A stretch of DNA of 64,000 bases from an uncultured Acidobacteriota bacterium. GTDB lineage: Bacteria; Acidobacteriota; Blastocatellia; RBC074. The stretch covers positions 2,656,001 to 2,720,000 of the forward strand of contig CAWCKY010000006.1 of the NCBI GenBank assembly GCA_963796275.1, in the 5' to 3' direction. Shown in pieces: positions 48,487-60,140 of this stretch. The position numbers and the translations under genes were made by a program. The notes below the pieces were generated by a model. It was not told where the DNA came from. It did not search any database and saw nothing but the letters and a program-made list of their open reading frames with translations. Every line of letters starts with the position of its first letter. Position 1 is the stretch's first letter.

Positions 48487-51087
48487 CTATGAGCTCTTTT
48501 GCTGTACTTTCTCTAATTGTGCAATGGCTTCAATTCGCTCCTGACCTGCCAGGTCCTGGGCCAGGCGCTGCAAGGCTACTGAGATGACCTCATTGTGGTG
48601 CAGGCTTTCGTTCTCGGGCGCGAGCTCCAGCCACAGTTTGTGGGTGAGTTCGATATCTTCGGGCGTGATCGTTGGCCGGTGGGCGCCGAGTTCGTAGATG
48701 CGCTCGGTTCCATCCGGAAAGACCAGTTTGAGAATGCGGAACTTCCGCTTTCGCTCGTCCTGGATATGCTCCCAGACATCGCCGACGCGCCTGGCCTGCT
48801 GGTTGGCTGACATCTTGGTCGACACTCCGGCGACTATTGTCAGGCACTCAAGCCGCACGGCCGTCATGACCGTCGCCCGAAAAGCATCGCTCGAAGGGAC
48901 CACCAGCGGCGTAATCTTCTTGCCGAGCTTTTCCGCGATGTCCATGGCTCTTGTGAAGAGAAGTTGCTCCTCATCGGTGAATCGTTCGCCGTCAGGCAGG
49001 CGCTCTTGCCCTGAGCCCTGCTTTTTCGGCACACGGACTGTCATGACGATGACATCCTGCACATTGGTATTCACCTCCGCCAGTACCTTTTTGAGATAGT
49101 GCAGGCCAGCGTAGTTATGGGCCGTGACCAGTATGCCGCCCGGGCGCACGGTGATCAGCGCGCGTGACACTTTATCTTCAGAAACGAGGTTGAATTTATC
49201 GAGTTCTGTGGCGGTCAAGCGGCGCCGCGTCGCCGACGGTGCGGCGTCTTCTATCGCCAACAGGGTGAAGGTGAATGCCGTGCCGCGATCGATCTGTGAC
49301 TGGACGCTGATCTGCCCGCCGTGCCCCTCGATCAGCCGCTTGGAGATGGCTAGCCCCAGGCCGCTGCCCGGAGATGCGCTGCCGGGAACGCGCACGAAGC
49401 GATGGAAGATACGGGGCAGATACTCAGGCGGAATGCCGCGGCCGGTGTCAACCACTGAAATTGCTATGTGATCATCCCTCGCTTCCGCCGAAACCTTGAT
49501 CTCACCGCCGCGCGGAGTGCTACGTTGCGCGTTGTCGATGAGTTCGGCGAGCACTCGCTTGATCTGTTCGCGATCGGCCAGAACTGCCGGTAGAGAAGGC
49601 GGCAGCTCGAGTTTTAATTCGAGATCCCTCGTTTCTACCTGTGGCCGGAGCGACTCGATCGTGGCCCCCAACAATTCGGCGATCTTGACCGGGGCCAGTT
49701 GCGGCGACCGTTCGCCCGATTCGATACGCGAAAGCTCGAGCAAATCCCGTCTCAGCCGCTCCCATCGCTCGACCTGTTCGCGGCTGTTGAGGAGGAGATC
49801 GCGTTGTTGATCGTTGAGCTCGCCAGCTGCACCTTCGATCAGGCAATGAAGGCTCATCTGTACCTCCCTGACCGGTTCCTCCAATTGCTCTGAAGCGATT
49901 GCAATGAATTCTGACTTGAGACGATCGACCTCTTTCAAATGAGTGATGTTCTCGAGCATGACCACTGTGCCCAGCAATCGTTTCTGATCATCACGCATCG
50001 GAGTAGTGCGTAAGCGATAAGCCTGTTCCGACCCGTTCAATGCGATGGGAATCGCGGTCGCAATACTCTCCCCGACGACGGGGCGTTGCCAGCTCAGGGC
50101 TTCAGAGACGGCCATTGCAATTCGATTGTTACCCGTGATCTCGGCCACGGGTTTGCCTATGTTTGCATCTTCCGGACCAAATATCCTTTCGGCGGCGGGG
50201 TTGAGCTTGGTAATTCGCCCTTGATTATCGGTTACCAGCACCGGATCGTAGAGCGAGTCGATGGTGGCTTCGGTCATGCGCTGTGCGATGATCAGCTTGC
50301 CCAGATCGGAGCGCCGTAACTGCTGGAGATGCTCTGCCATGCTGTTGAATTCGGTCGCCAGCGTGCCGATCTCATCGCGCGAAAGTATCTTCGCGCGCGC
50401 CTCCAGATCATCCTGCGCAATACTCGCCGCCGCTTTGGTCAACTCGCGCACGGGGCGGACGATGGCGTTGGCCATGAGCAGGGCGAGCGCGATTCCGGCC
50501 GCCACCAGGCCGCCCGCCATTAGCAGCGTGGCCATAAGAGAGCGCCGTGCGGCCCCAGCCGCCCGTCCCGATTTGGCCAGCATAGCTTCTCGATTGAGCC
50601 GCAGCAGATCATCACAATCGGAGCGCAACTGATTGTAGAGCGGATCGAGTTGGGAGAAATATCTTCCCTCTATCTGCCCCCGGGATGCGGCGGAAGCTGA
50701 CTTGATGTCGGCCAAAAAACTATCGGCGTATTGATAATAGGTGTCGCGGTCGCGGCGGATCGCTTCAATCACCTCAGGTTCTCGCGGCTCGGTGATGTTA
50801 TTGGCAGCTCGATTGAAGGCCGCATCGAATCGCTCCCGATATTGGCGTAGCTGCCTATACGCGCGCTCATCCCGGCCGGTCAATGCCAGGACTACAGCCG
50901 AATCCTGCCGCTCCAGGGCATCCTTCATATCTTCCGCGGCCACTACCGAATCGTAATTCTCAGTGACGATGAGCTGTGTCAGGTTACTCAACTCGCGAAA
51001 ATGCCAGACGCTCCACACGCCCAGCGCCACCAGAGCGGCGACAAATACCAGATATCCGATCAACAATTTAGCGCGTAGACTCATCAT
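48487..51087 (-). CDS. Membrane sensor (4HB-HAMP-PAS-HisKA-HATPase) lacking the phospho-His, with extra C-terminal domain
   Basis: 2 TM, DEIGTLA HAMP, LNPAAERIFG PAS, H-box reads SEFIAIASEQLEEP; DTGRGI and GSGLGLAI boxes intact; ~240-aa extension. Confidence 0.85.
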   Translation of the reverse strand: MMSLRAKLLIGYLVFVAALVALGVWSVWHFRELSNLTQLIVTENYDSVVAAEDMKDALERQDSAVVLALTGRDERAYRQLRQYRERFDAAFNRAANNITEPREPEVIEAIRRDRDTYYQYADSFLADIKSASAASRGQIEGRYFSQLDPLYNQLRSDCDDLLRLNREAMLAKSGRAAGAARRSLMATLLMAGGLVAAGIALALLMANAIVRPVRELTKAAASIAQDDLEARAKILSRDEIGTLATEFNSMAEHLQQLRRSDLGKLIIAQRMTEATIDSLYDPVLVTDNQGRITKLNPAAERIFGPEDANIGKPVAEITGNNRIAMAVSEALSWQRPVVGESIATAIPIALNGSEQAYRLRTTPMRDDQKRLLGTVVMLENITHLKEVDRLKSEFIAIASEQLEEPVREVQMSLHCLIEGAAGELNDQQRDLLLNSREQVERWERLRRDLLELSRIESGERSPQLAPVKIAELLGATIESLRPQVETRDLELKLELPPSLPAVLADREQIKRVLAELIDNAQRSTPRGGEIKVSAEARDDHIAISVVDTGRGIPPEYLPRIFHRFVRVPGSASPGSGLGLAISKRLIEGHGGQISVQSQIDRGTAFTFTLLAIEDAAPSATRRRLTATELDKFNLVSEDKVSRALITVRPGGILVTAHNYAGLHYLKKVLAEVNTNVQDVIVMTVRVPKKQGSGQERLPDGERFTDEEQLLFTRAMDIAEKLGKKITPLVVPSSDAFRATVMTAVRLECLTIVAGVSTKMSANQQARRVGDVWEHIQDERKRKFRILKLVFPDGTERIYELGAHRPTITPEDIELTHKLWLELAPENESLHHNEVISVALQRLAQDLAGQERIEAIAQLEKVQQKSS

Positions 51088-52271
51088 CTCATCTCCGCCG
51101 ATCCCGTCTTCGTGGGTTCCTCTCCACCGGCTGCATCTTCGAGCGGCACCACCTGCACTGTTGCATTACGCACTTCGGATAAGAACCGATTGACGATCGA
51201 GCCGCGAAAAAGCATCTCCCAGCGTGAACGAGCCGTTTGGCCGAAGATGACATGCGTCACTCCTTCGCGCCGCGCATAGTCGATCAGCGCGTCGGCTACG
51301 CGGCTCCCTTTTAGCCTCACTACTTTGGCTCCCAGATCTTTAGCCAGTCGAATGTTTTCCTGCAGCGCGGCGTAATCTTGAGGGTCGATGCGGCCCGGCT
51401 CTTCGCTTGGCGTCTCGACGTAAACTGCATACCAATCCGAGGCGAGTTTGCCGGCGATGCGCGAGCCGATCCGCAGCAGACGTTTGGCGCTGCCGCGCGA
51501 AGCCATGCAGACCATAACCTTTTCGGGGATGACGGCGCATTCCAGCCCCTCGCGTTCGCGATAATCCTGGGCTTTCTCAGCCTGATCCTCTGCCAATTGC
51601 CGGAGCGCAAGCTCCCGCAGCGCTGAGAGATTGCCCTTACGAAAGAAGTTGCTGAGCGCCTGCTCGATCTTCTCGACGCCATAGATTTTACCTTGTCGCA
51701 GGCGCGTTCGCAGTGTGTCCACAGAAACATCCACATTGACGACTTCATCGGCCCGGCGCAGAAAACTGTCGGGAATCGTCTCGCGTACGCGCACCCCGGT
51801 CGTGCGTAGGATCGCATCATTGAGTGATTCGATGTGCTGAATATTGACCGCGGTGATCACCGAGATGCCGGCATCTAGCAGTTCGAGCACGTCCTCGTAG
51901 CGTTTATGGTTGTTCGAGCCGGGAACATTGGTGTGCGCCAGCTCATCGACAATCGCGATCTCCGGACGGCGAGCGATGACAGCATCCACGTCCATCTCTT
52001 CGAGCGTGACTCCACGGTACTCGATGCGCCGCAACGGAACTTGCTCAAGATCGCCGATCAGGGCAGCGGTCTCGGTGCGCCCGTGCGGTTCGACAAAAGC
52101 GATGAGGATATCGACGCCCTGTCGTTTAAGCAGATGCGCATCCTCCAACATCTGAAAGGTCTTTCCCACTCCCGCGGCCGCCCCGATGTAGACGCGCAGC
52201 CGCGCCTGCTCGCTCTCTTTGAGCTTGGAGAGCAGGGTTTCCGCCGATGGTCTGTCGCGATCGCTAATCAT
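51084..52271 (-). CDS. kdpD: Soluble KdpD N-terminal domain + Usp domain (split KdpD; no TM or kinase part)
   Basis: YIGAAAGVGKT, DELAHTN, NIQHIESLND, RETIPD, FFRKGNLSALRELALR, Usp GVTHVIFGQTARSRW; stop overlaps the next start. Confidence 0.9.
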   Translation of the reverse strand: MISDRDRPSAETLLSKLKESEQARLRVYIGAAAGVGKTFQMLEDAHLLKRQGVDILIAFVEPHGRTETAALIGDLEQVPLRRIEYRGVTLEEMDVDAVIARRPEIAIVDELAHTNVPGSNNHKRYEDVLELLDAGISVITAVNIQHIESLNDAILRTTGVRVRETIPDSFLRRADEVVNVDVSVDTLRTRLRQGKIYGVEKIEQALSNFFRKGNLSALRELALRQLAEDQAEKAQDYREREGLECAVIPEKVMVCMASRGSAKRLLRIGSRIAGKLASDWYAVYVETPSEEPGRIDPQDYAALQENIRLAKDLGAKVVRLKGSRVADALIDYARREGVTHVIFGQTARSRWEMLFRGSIVNRFLSEVRNATVQVVPLEDAAGGEEPTKTGSAEMR

Positions 52272-52290
52272 TTTTGCTTCGCATCCGTTT

Positions 52291-52830
52291 TTAATAGAAT
52301 GACCCGGTTTCATCTCCATGTGCAAGTAGCAAATCCTCGACCCAATCGCGCAAAATGTCGAGCGACCGAATGACGCCGAGCAGTTGTTTATCCTCATTGA
52401 TGACAGGCAACTCGTCAATCCCCGCCCGGTACAGGGCCCGCATCGCATCAGTGATGGTCTGCCGGGCCTGCAGCGGATGGTGGTTTGTTTCAATAAGCGA
52501 GCTGGCGGGAGATTTCGCCACGTCTTTACCCAGGTGTAACAACTTGGTCGTCGTATGCGCGTGCTGATCTACATACAGGCCAGGGTCGAGGTGCGCAAAA
52601 ACCTCTTGCGCCAGCCGGCCCTCGGTAATGGCGCCGAGGTAGCAACCCTCGTCGTCTACGACATAGACTATTCGCGGGATGGTTGAGCCGACTGCCAATT
52701 TTGCCACGTGTAAAACATCATCGCCCGCGCGAGCCACCGGAGGAATAGGCGCGGGCGATCGCGTGGCGAGATAGCGGGCTAAGGGCCATCCGCCACGGCT
52801 GAGTCGTAATTTGGGGCGCTTTCCAGACAT
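52291..52830 (-). CDS. Stand-alone CBS-pair domain protein
   Basis: VYVVDDEGCYLGAIT and LPVINEDKQLLGVIRSLDIL CBS motifs. Confidence 0.85.
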   Translation of the reverse strand: MSGKRPKLRLSRGGWPLARYLATRSPAPIPPVARAGDDVLHVAKLAVGSTIPRIVYVVDDEGCYLGAITEGRLAQEVFAHLDPGLYVDQHAHTTTKLLHLGKDVAKSPASSLIETNHHPLQARQTITDAMRALYRAGIDELPVINEDKQLLGVIRSLDILRDWVEDLLLAHGDETGSFY

Positions 52831-52844
52831 AAACCACGAACAGA

Positions 52845-53420
52845 TTATTTAGAGCGCGGGAACTTACTATCCAGGTCTAGGTTCAACTCCAGCACGTTGA
52901 CCACGGGTTCACCCAGAAATCCGAACTGCCGGCCCTGGGTGTGCGCGGCCACAACCTGGCGGACCTCGCCCTCGTTCACCCCGCGCTCGCGCGCCACCCG
53001 GGGCACCTGAAACTCAGCCGCCGCAGGCGAGATGTGTGGGTCGAGCCCGGAACCGGAAGTGGTAACCAGATCGACTGGAATTGGTTTGCCGGGGTTCTCG
53101 GCCTGCAGCTTCTCGACATCGGCCTTGACCCGGTCAATCAATTTCTTGCTGGTCGGGCCGAGATTCGAGCCGGAAGATGAGCCCGCATCATATCCGACTG
53201 CGCCCGCCGCCGATGGCCGCGAGCGAAAGTATCCCGGCGACGAAAACGGCTGCCCGATGATCCGCGAGCCGATAACCTGACCGTTGCTCTCGATCAATTG
53301 TCCGTTCGCCTTGTCGGGAAAGATCACCTGAGCCAGCCCGGTGACGACCAGCGGGTAGATCAACCCTAGAATAATAGTCGTCACGATTGTCATCAAAATT
53401 GCTGTTACGAAGTTTTTCAT
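52845..53420 (-). CDS. kdpC: K+-transporting ATPase subunit C
   Basis: [56 protein letters not shown]. Confidence 0.97.
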   Translation of the reverse strand: MKNFVTAILMTIVTTIILGLIYPLVVTGLAQVIFPDKANGQLIESNGQVIGSRIIGQPFSSPGYFRSRPSAAGAVGYDAGSSSGSNLGPTSKKLIDRVKADVEKLQAENPGKPIPVDLVTTSGSGLDPHISPAAAEFQVPRVARERGVNEGEVRQVVAAHTQGRQFGFLGEPVVNVLELNLDLDSKFPRSK

Positions 53421-53444
53421 ATGCAAATCTCTTTTCACCACTGT

Positions 53445-54929
53445 TTACTGTTCTCTGGTAGTGAAGAAATAGCTCACACCCACGAGGAATGTGTTCTGAT
53501 TCTGCCTCGATAATCCATTAAAGTTAGTGAAGAACGGCTGATTCGAGAAGTCGCGCCGGAATTCAAATCGCGTGAGGAGGTTGTTCAACAGCTTCAATTC
53601 CTGCGTCAGCGTGATGTCCTTGATCGTCTGCGCTCGGCCGGTCCTCAAACCACCTCTGTCGTTGAAGACCTCAAAACGGGGTGAGAACGCTAACCGATTG
53701 TTGAATGCGCATTTGAGATATCCCGCAAAACCAGTCCAATAATTGCGATTCCCGAAATTATCTCCGTCATTGCCGTAAACGAAGTTCCCCAGCAACGTCA
53801 CCTTGTCGGTCGCATAATAGGTAACCACCGAGTCGAAGATATTCCGCCAGTTGTCTCTCAATGAGACATCTGGCACGTTCGCCAGCGGCGCCTCCTGTCC
53901 GCCCAGATAGGTCCCCGTGATCGCAAACTTCTTCGACGGCGTCAGACCCAGCTGAAAACCTATCGTCTTGCCCGCCGATCTCCGATCGAAATTGTTCTCG
54001 AACAGGTTATCCCAGCCGTTCACCAGGAAGCCGGTCAATGCCACCTTGTCGCTGACCGCATACTTCGTCCGCAAACCCGCGTGATAAAACGGCCCATAGA
54101 GGAAGAGCAGCCCGCGCGAATAGTTGAAGTTGTCTTTAGTCTCGACCACTTCCGCCCCGACCGGCGTGTAGAACTTGCCGAAATCCAGCGTCAACCCGCT
54201 CCCCAGCGGCGCCACGTAACTGGCATAGGCTTGCAGGACGTGTTTGGTCGCGTCGTTGCGGCTCGAGTCGCTGACCGAGACGAAGCGATCGACCGTCTCG
54301 CCCAGACCGAGGTCGGCCCGGAAACCGAGCGGGCTCTCCTTGGAGTTCTTGCGCTCCAGCGTCAGCTTGGCCAGTTGCAGGCTGAAGGCGTTATGGCGCA
54401 CGTCGAAGACGCGGCCCTGCGTGAACATATCGACCTGGTTATTGTTGTAGCCGTAGTAGCCATCGACGACGCCGCTGACTTCGACGCTGCGGAAGAAGTT
54501 GATGAAGGATTCGTTCTTCTTGGATTCGTCCTTCATATCCTGGACCTCTTTTTTGATCTCATCGATCGCGTCGGCTTTAACTTCACTACTCTTAATTTCA
54601 TTTTCCGTCTTCGCAGTGACCGATGGTGTCTCTCCGCTGAGCCTGGCGAGTTTCTCCTCGAGCATCCTGATGCGCTCTTCGAGCGCTTCAATCATCTTGG
54701 CATTCTCCGCCGTGTCGGTTTTTGCGTCCGCTTTGCTCTCCGTTATTCCTTTCTTTTCTTTTGACTTCGACTCCTTTTCAGATTTAGCACTGGTTTCGTC
54801 ATTTAACTGCTTTGCAAATGCCACATCGTTCATAGCGGCAGTCAGCATCAGCACGGAGGCTGAGAATAAGACCAGCGCCATTAAGGATTGCCGGAACAAA
54901 GCGTTGTTAATTGAGATTTGTAAAAGCAT
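53445..54929 (-). CDS. Outer-membrane beta-barrel protein (BBP2/OmpL-like putative porin) inside the kdp operon
   Basis: Signal peptide, coiled coil, DGYYGYN, QAYASY, DFGKFYTPVGAEV, NYSRG, PFYHAG, NGWD, EFRRDFS. Confidence 0.85.
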   Translation of the reverse strand: MLLQISINNALFRQSLMALVLFSASVLMLTAAMNDVAFAKQLNDETSAKSEKESKSKEKKGITESKADAKTDTAENAKMIEALEERIRMLEEKLARLSGETPSVTAKTENEIKSSEVKADAIDEIKKEVQDMKDESKKNESFINFFRSVEVSGVVDGYYGYNNNQVDMFTQGRVFDVRHNAFSLQLAKLTLERKNSKESPLGFRADLGLGETVDRFVSVSDSSRNDATKHVLQAYASYVAPLGSGLTLDFGKFYTPVGAEVVETKDNFNYSRGLLFLYGPFYHAGLRTKYAVSDKVALTGFLVNGWDNLFENNFDRRSAGKTIGFQLGLTPSKKFAITGTYLGGQEAPLANVPDVSLRDNWRNIFDSVVTYYATDKVTLLGNFVYGNDGDNFGNRNYWTGFAGYLKCAFNNRLAFSPRFEVFNDRGGLRTGRAQTIKDITLTQELKLLNNLLTRFEFRRDFSNQPFFTNFNGLSRQNQNTFLVGVSYFFTTREQ

Positions 54930-54954
54930 AACTCCCTTCCTCCCCCGAAAATTG

Positions 54955-55042
54955 CTGGGAGTGCGCGCGACCCCGCGCCCTGTTTGTGTTAATAGACCCT
55001 CGGCCGGAAACCCGGCGCGCGTGCCCCCGCGCGTCCCCCAGG
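54955..55042. repeat. Degenerate GC-rich REP-like palindrome between kdpB and the porin
   Basis: CTGGGAGTGCGCGCG ... CGCGCGTCCCCCAG imperfect inverted arms. Confidence 0.4.
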
Positions 55043-55065
55043 GTGCTATTACCCTTTCAAATCAC

Positions 55066-57124
55066 TCATGCCAGACCGAGCGCGACGATAATCACGTCAA
55101 TGATCTTGATGCCGATGAACGGCACGATGATTCCGCCTAACCCGTAGATCAACAGATTGCGACGCAACAACGCCGCTGCGCTCATCGGGCGATATTTCAC
55201 GCCTCTGCAGCGCGAGCGGAATAAGCGCGATGATGATCAGCGCGTTGAAGATCACGGCTGAGAGAATCGCCGACTGCGGCGTCGCGAGCCCATAATGTTC
55301 AGCGCATTCATGACCGGAAAGGCGGCCGAGAACATCGCCGGGATGATCGCGAAGTATTTCGCCACGTCGTTAGCAATCGAGAAGGTCGTCAAGGCGCCGC
55401 GCGTCATCAGCAACTGCTTGCCGATCTCTACGATCTCGATCAGCTTGGTCGGATTGGAGTCGAGATCGACCATGTTGCCGGCTTCTTTCGCGGCCTGCGT
55501 GCCGGTGTTCATCGCCACGCCAACATCGGCCTGCGCCAGCGCCGGCGCATCGTTTGTTCCGTCGCCGGTCATCGCTACCAGCTTGCCGCCGGCCTGCTCG
55601 TGCTTGATCAGCGCCATCTTGTCTTCCGGCGTTGCTTCGGCCAGAAAATCGTCAACTCCAGCTTCGCGCGCGATCGTGGCCGCCGTGAGCGGATTGTCGC
55701 CGGTGATCATGACGGTCTTAATGCCCATCTGCCGCATCTGATTGAAGCGCTCGCTCATTCCGCCCTTGACGATGTCTTTCAGATGAATGACGCCGAGCGG
55801 GTGCCCGTCTGTCGGCGACCACCAGCGGGGTGCCGCCCGCCTTGGAGATCCGCTCGACGATCTCGCGCATCTCCTTAGGCGCATGCCCGCCATTGAAGCC
55901 AAGGTATTTCTCAATCGCGTCGGCTGCGCCTTTGCGAATCCTCGCGCCCGTCGAAGTCAACGCCTGACATCCGCGTCTGCGCGGTGAAGGGAATGAAGTG
56001 CGCTTCGTGCGGTTGAAGCTCTCGCCCGCGCAGTCCATACTTCTCTTTCGCCAGCACGACGATCGAACGGCCCTCCGGAGTTTCGTCGGCGAGCGACGAG
56101 AGTTGCGCAGCATCGGCCAGTTCGTTTTCGGTCACGCCGTGTAGCGGTATGAATTCGGTCGCCTGCCGATTGCCGAGCGTGATCGTGCCGGTCTTGTCCA
56201 GCAGCAGCGTGTTGACGTCGCCCGCCGCTTCGACCGCGCGGCCCGACATCGCCAGCACGTTGTGCTGAATCAGCCGGTCCATGCCCGCGATGCCGATGGC
56301 AGAGAGCAGGCCGCCGATGGTCGTCGGAATCAAACAGACGAGCAGCGAGACGAGCACAAAGATTGTCTGCGGCGCGCTTGAATAGATCGCGAACGGCTGC
56401 AGGGTGACGACGGCGAGCAGGAAGATGATCGTCAGGCCCGCGAGCAGGATATTGAGCGCGATCTCGTTCGGCGTCTTTTGTCGTTCCGCGCCTTCGACCA
56501 GCGCGATCATGCGGTCGATGAAGGTTTCGCCCGGATTCGAAGTGATCCGAACTTTGATCTGATCAGACAATACGCGCGTTCCGCCGGTGACGGCTGAGCG
56601 GTCGCCTCCCGCTTCACGAATCACCGGGGCCGACTCGCCCGTGATCGCCGATTCATCAACCGAGGCGACGCCCTCGATGATCTCGCCGTCGCCGGGAATG
56701 AACTCGCCTGCCGAAACAACTACGATATCGTCTTTTCGCAGCTTGCGGCGCAGGTACCGTTTCGTGTCTGCCCATCAGGCAGCAGCTTGTGCGCTGTGGT
56801 CTCGGTCTTGGCCTTGCGCAGGTTGTCGGCTTGCGCTTTGCCGCGCCCTTCGGCCATCGCCTCGGCGAAGTTGGCAAACAGCACCGTGAACCAGAGCCAG
56901 AGCGTGATCTGCAACTCGAACCCGATGCTCGGCGCTCCGGATCGGCGCAATGATCCGCGAATGAGCAGGAGGGTCGTGAAAACGCTGCCGACCTCGACGA
57001 CGAACATGACCGGGTTCTTCATCATCGTGCGCGGGTTCAGCTTGCGGAAACGACATCGACCGATTGCTCGGGTCAGATGATCTTTCGGTATCCCAAATCG
57101 AAATTGTCCTTTTCGTTTAGCCAT
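55066..57124 (-). CDS. kdpB: K+-transporting ATPase subunit B (multiple frameshifts)
   Basis: [75 protein letters not shown] across frames. Confidence 0.93.
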
Positions 57125-57157
57125 AGTTTTCTCAAATTTCAACAGTCAGACACAAGT

Positions 57158-58989
<1,832 letters not shown>

Positions 58990-58996
58990 AGTTTTT

Positions 58997-59079
58997 AGTT
59001 GATAGGTGACAGTTGATAGTTAGGAGTTGAGAACGAACGGTAACCCACTCTATCGACTGTCAACTGACACCTATCAACT
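58997..59079. repeat. Heptamer-based inverted repeat (AGTTGAT/AGGTGAC units) between kdpF and kdpA
   Basis: Arms AGTTGATAGGTGACAGTTGATAG and, reverse-complemented, AGTTGATAGGTGTCAGTTGACAG: 21/23 match. Confidence 0.85.
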
Positions 59080-59084
59080 TCTCC

Positions 59085-59174
59085 TCAGAATTTTTCAGGG
59101 CGCAAAAGCGCGAATACGAGATAGATGAGCAACAGCGCGGAGACCGCGAGGCCCATAAAAGCTTCGAGATTCAT
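59085..59174 (-). CDS. kdpF: K+-transporting ATPase subunit F
   Basis: MNLEAFMGLAVSALLLIYLVFALLRPEKF*, 29 aa with YL.YALL.PE.F signature; AGGAG RBS. Not in the ORF track. Confidence 0.95.
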   Translation of the reverse strand: MNLEAFMGLAVSALLLIYLVFALLRPEKF

Positions 59175-59184
59175 CTGCACACTC

Positions 59185-59274
59185 CTATTGCAATTTTTCA
59201 CACCCTCGCACATAGGCGAGTGAGAGCAGGAAGAAAATGATTGTCAACGCGATATAGAGCAGGTCATCGAGCAT
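59185..59274 (-). CDS. 29-aa membrane peptide upstream of kdpF (kdp accessory peptide)
   Basis: MLDDLLYIALTIIFFLLSLAYVRGCEKLQ*, GGAG RBS; D..Y....FF....Y...C..L pattern of peptides preceding kdpF. Confidence 0.8.
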   Translation of the reverse strand: MLDDLLYIALTIIFFLLSLAYVRGCEKLQ

Positions 59275-59293
59275 AAGTTCTCTCCGTGATTAA

Positions 59294-59425
59294 TCAGAAA
59301 TCTCTACTATCGGAGCGTAGGCGTCGAAGCTCGGCAAGGGTTGATTCTCCTGGTGGCTTCTCACGCGATATCGAGAAACGACGGCCCTCTCGCCGAAAGA
59401 GCAGATAAGTAAGAATCAAAAACAT
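59294..59425 (-). CDS. Possible third small membrane peptide (43 aa; ~52 aa if start is 59451 with a 1-nt error)
   Basis: (YIAL)MFLILTYLLFRREGRR..., hydrophobic stretch then basic residues, in operon orientation. Confidence 0.35.
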   Translation of the reverse strand: MFLILTYLLFRREGRRFSISREKPPGESTLAELRRLRSDSRDF

Positions 59426-59505
59426 CAAAGCGATATAATTTCAACAGACATCTTTATTACCTGATCACGCGCAGCGTAGAGATGACCACGCGCCGCGCGC
59501 CGAAT

Positions 59506-59856
59506 TCATTGGTCGTCGTCCTCTTCAATTTCTTGCAGTGCGATCTTTGAACCAATTCCCGGTATATCCTTTTCCATCCAATCGAGACAGCAGGCGCCTA
59601 AGACAATGAGTGGAATGGTCATGAAAAGCAGAACCGAACCGGTCACCGACAGCAAATGCCGAGTGCCTTCATTGGCTACCAACCAACTGGCGCCTGTCAG
59701 AATCGAGCCAAACAGCGATACTGCCGCGCCTCCGAATAAACCTATGATTGCTCCGCCGGAATATATCTTCGTCAGCATGCGCGGTCTCACTGCCTGCGCT
59801 GAACCGGCCTGCGCGTCTGATTGCACGTCGATTTGTTTAAGTGTCGGCGAGTGCAT
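59506..59856 (-). CDS. Two-TM hypothetical membrane protein, first gene of the kdp operon
   Basis: GAAGGA RBS; two hydrophobic helices, LGACCLD; directly downstream of promoter B. Confidence 0.75.
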   Translation of the reverse strand: MHSPTLKQIDVQSDAQAGSAQAVRPRMLTKIYSGGAIIGLFGGAAVSLFGSILTGASWLVANEGTRHLLSVTGSVLLFMTIPLIVLGACCLDWMEKDIPGIGSKIALQEIEEDDDQ

Positions 59857-59971
59857 ATCTTTTCCTTCTCATTCCAGCGTATATCTGGGATTTGCTCTCC
59901 ATGATCCACGAACGTTCAAGGAATTCTTGGCTCTAGGTCCATGTTGATGTTTCGCCCATAACAACAGATCG

Positions 59972-60026
59972 ATGCTAAGACAGAAGCCGTAAAAATGGCG
60001 TAAAGGACCCATAAAAAATTCATAAA
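59972..60026 (-). promoter_or_regulatory. KdpE-box-like promoter B (4 x TTTAYG at 11-bp period, N10, TAGCAT)
   Basis: Plus-strand CGTAAA 59988, CGTAAA 59999, CATAAA 60010, CATAAA 60021; ATGCTA at 59972-59977. Confidence 0.75.
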
Positions 60027-60140
60027 TGTCATCGGACAATGCGTACCTGATGTGACCACGATACCTCTCAACCGAAACCCTCACCGTCAGTCCACCTGGG
60101 GAATGTTGGTCCGGACTGCTGCCGTCTTAGTTCAATTCAC

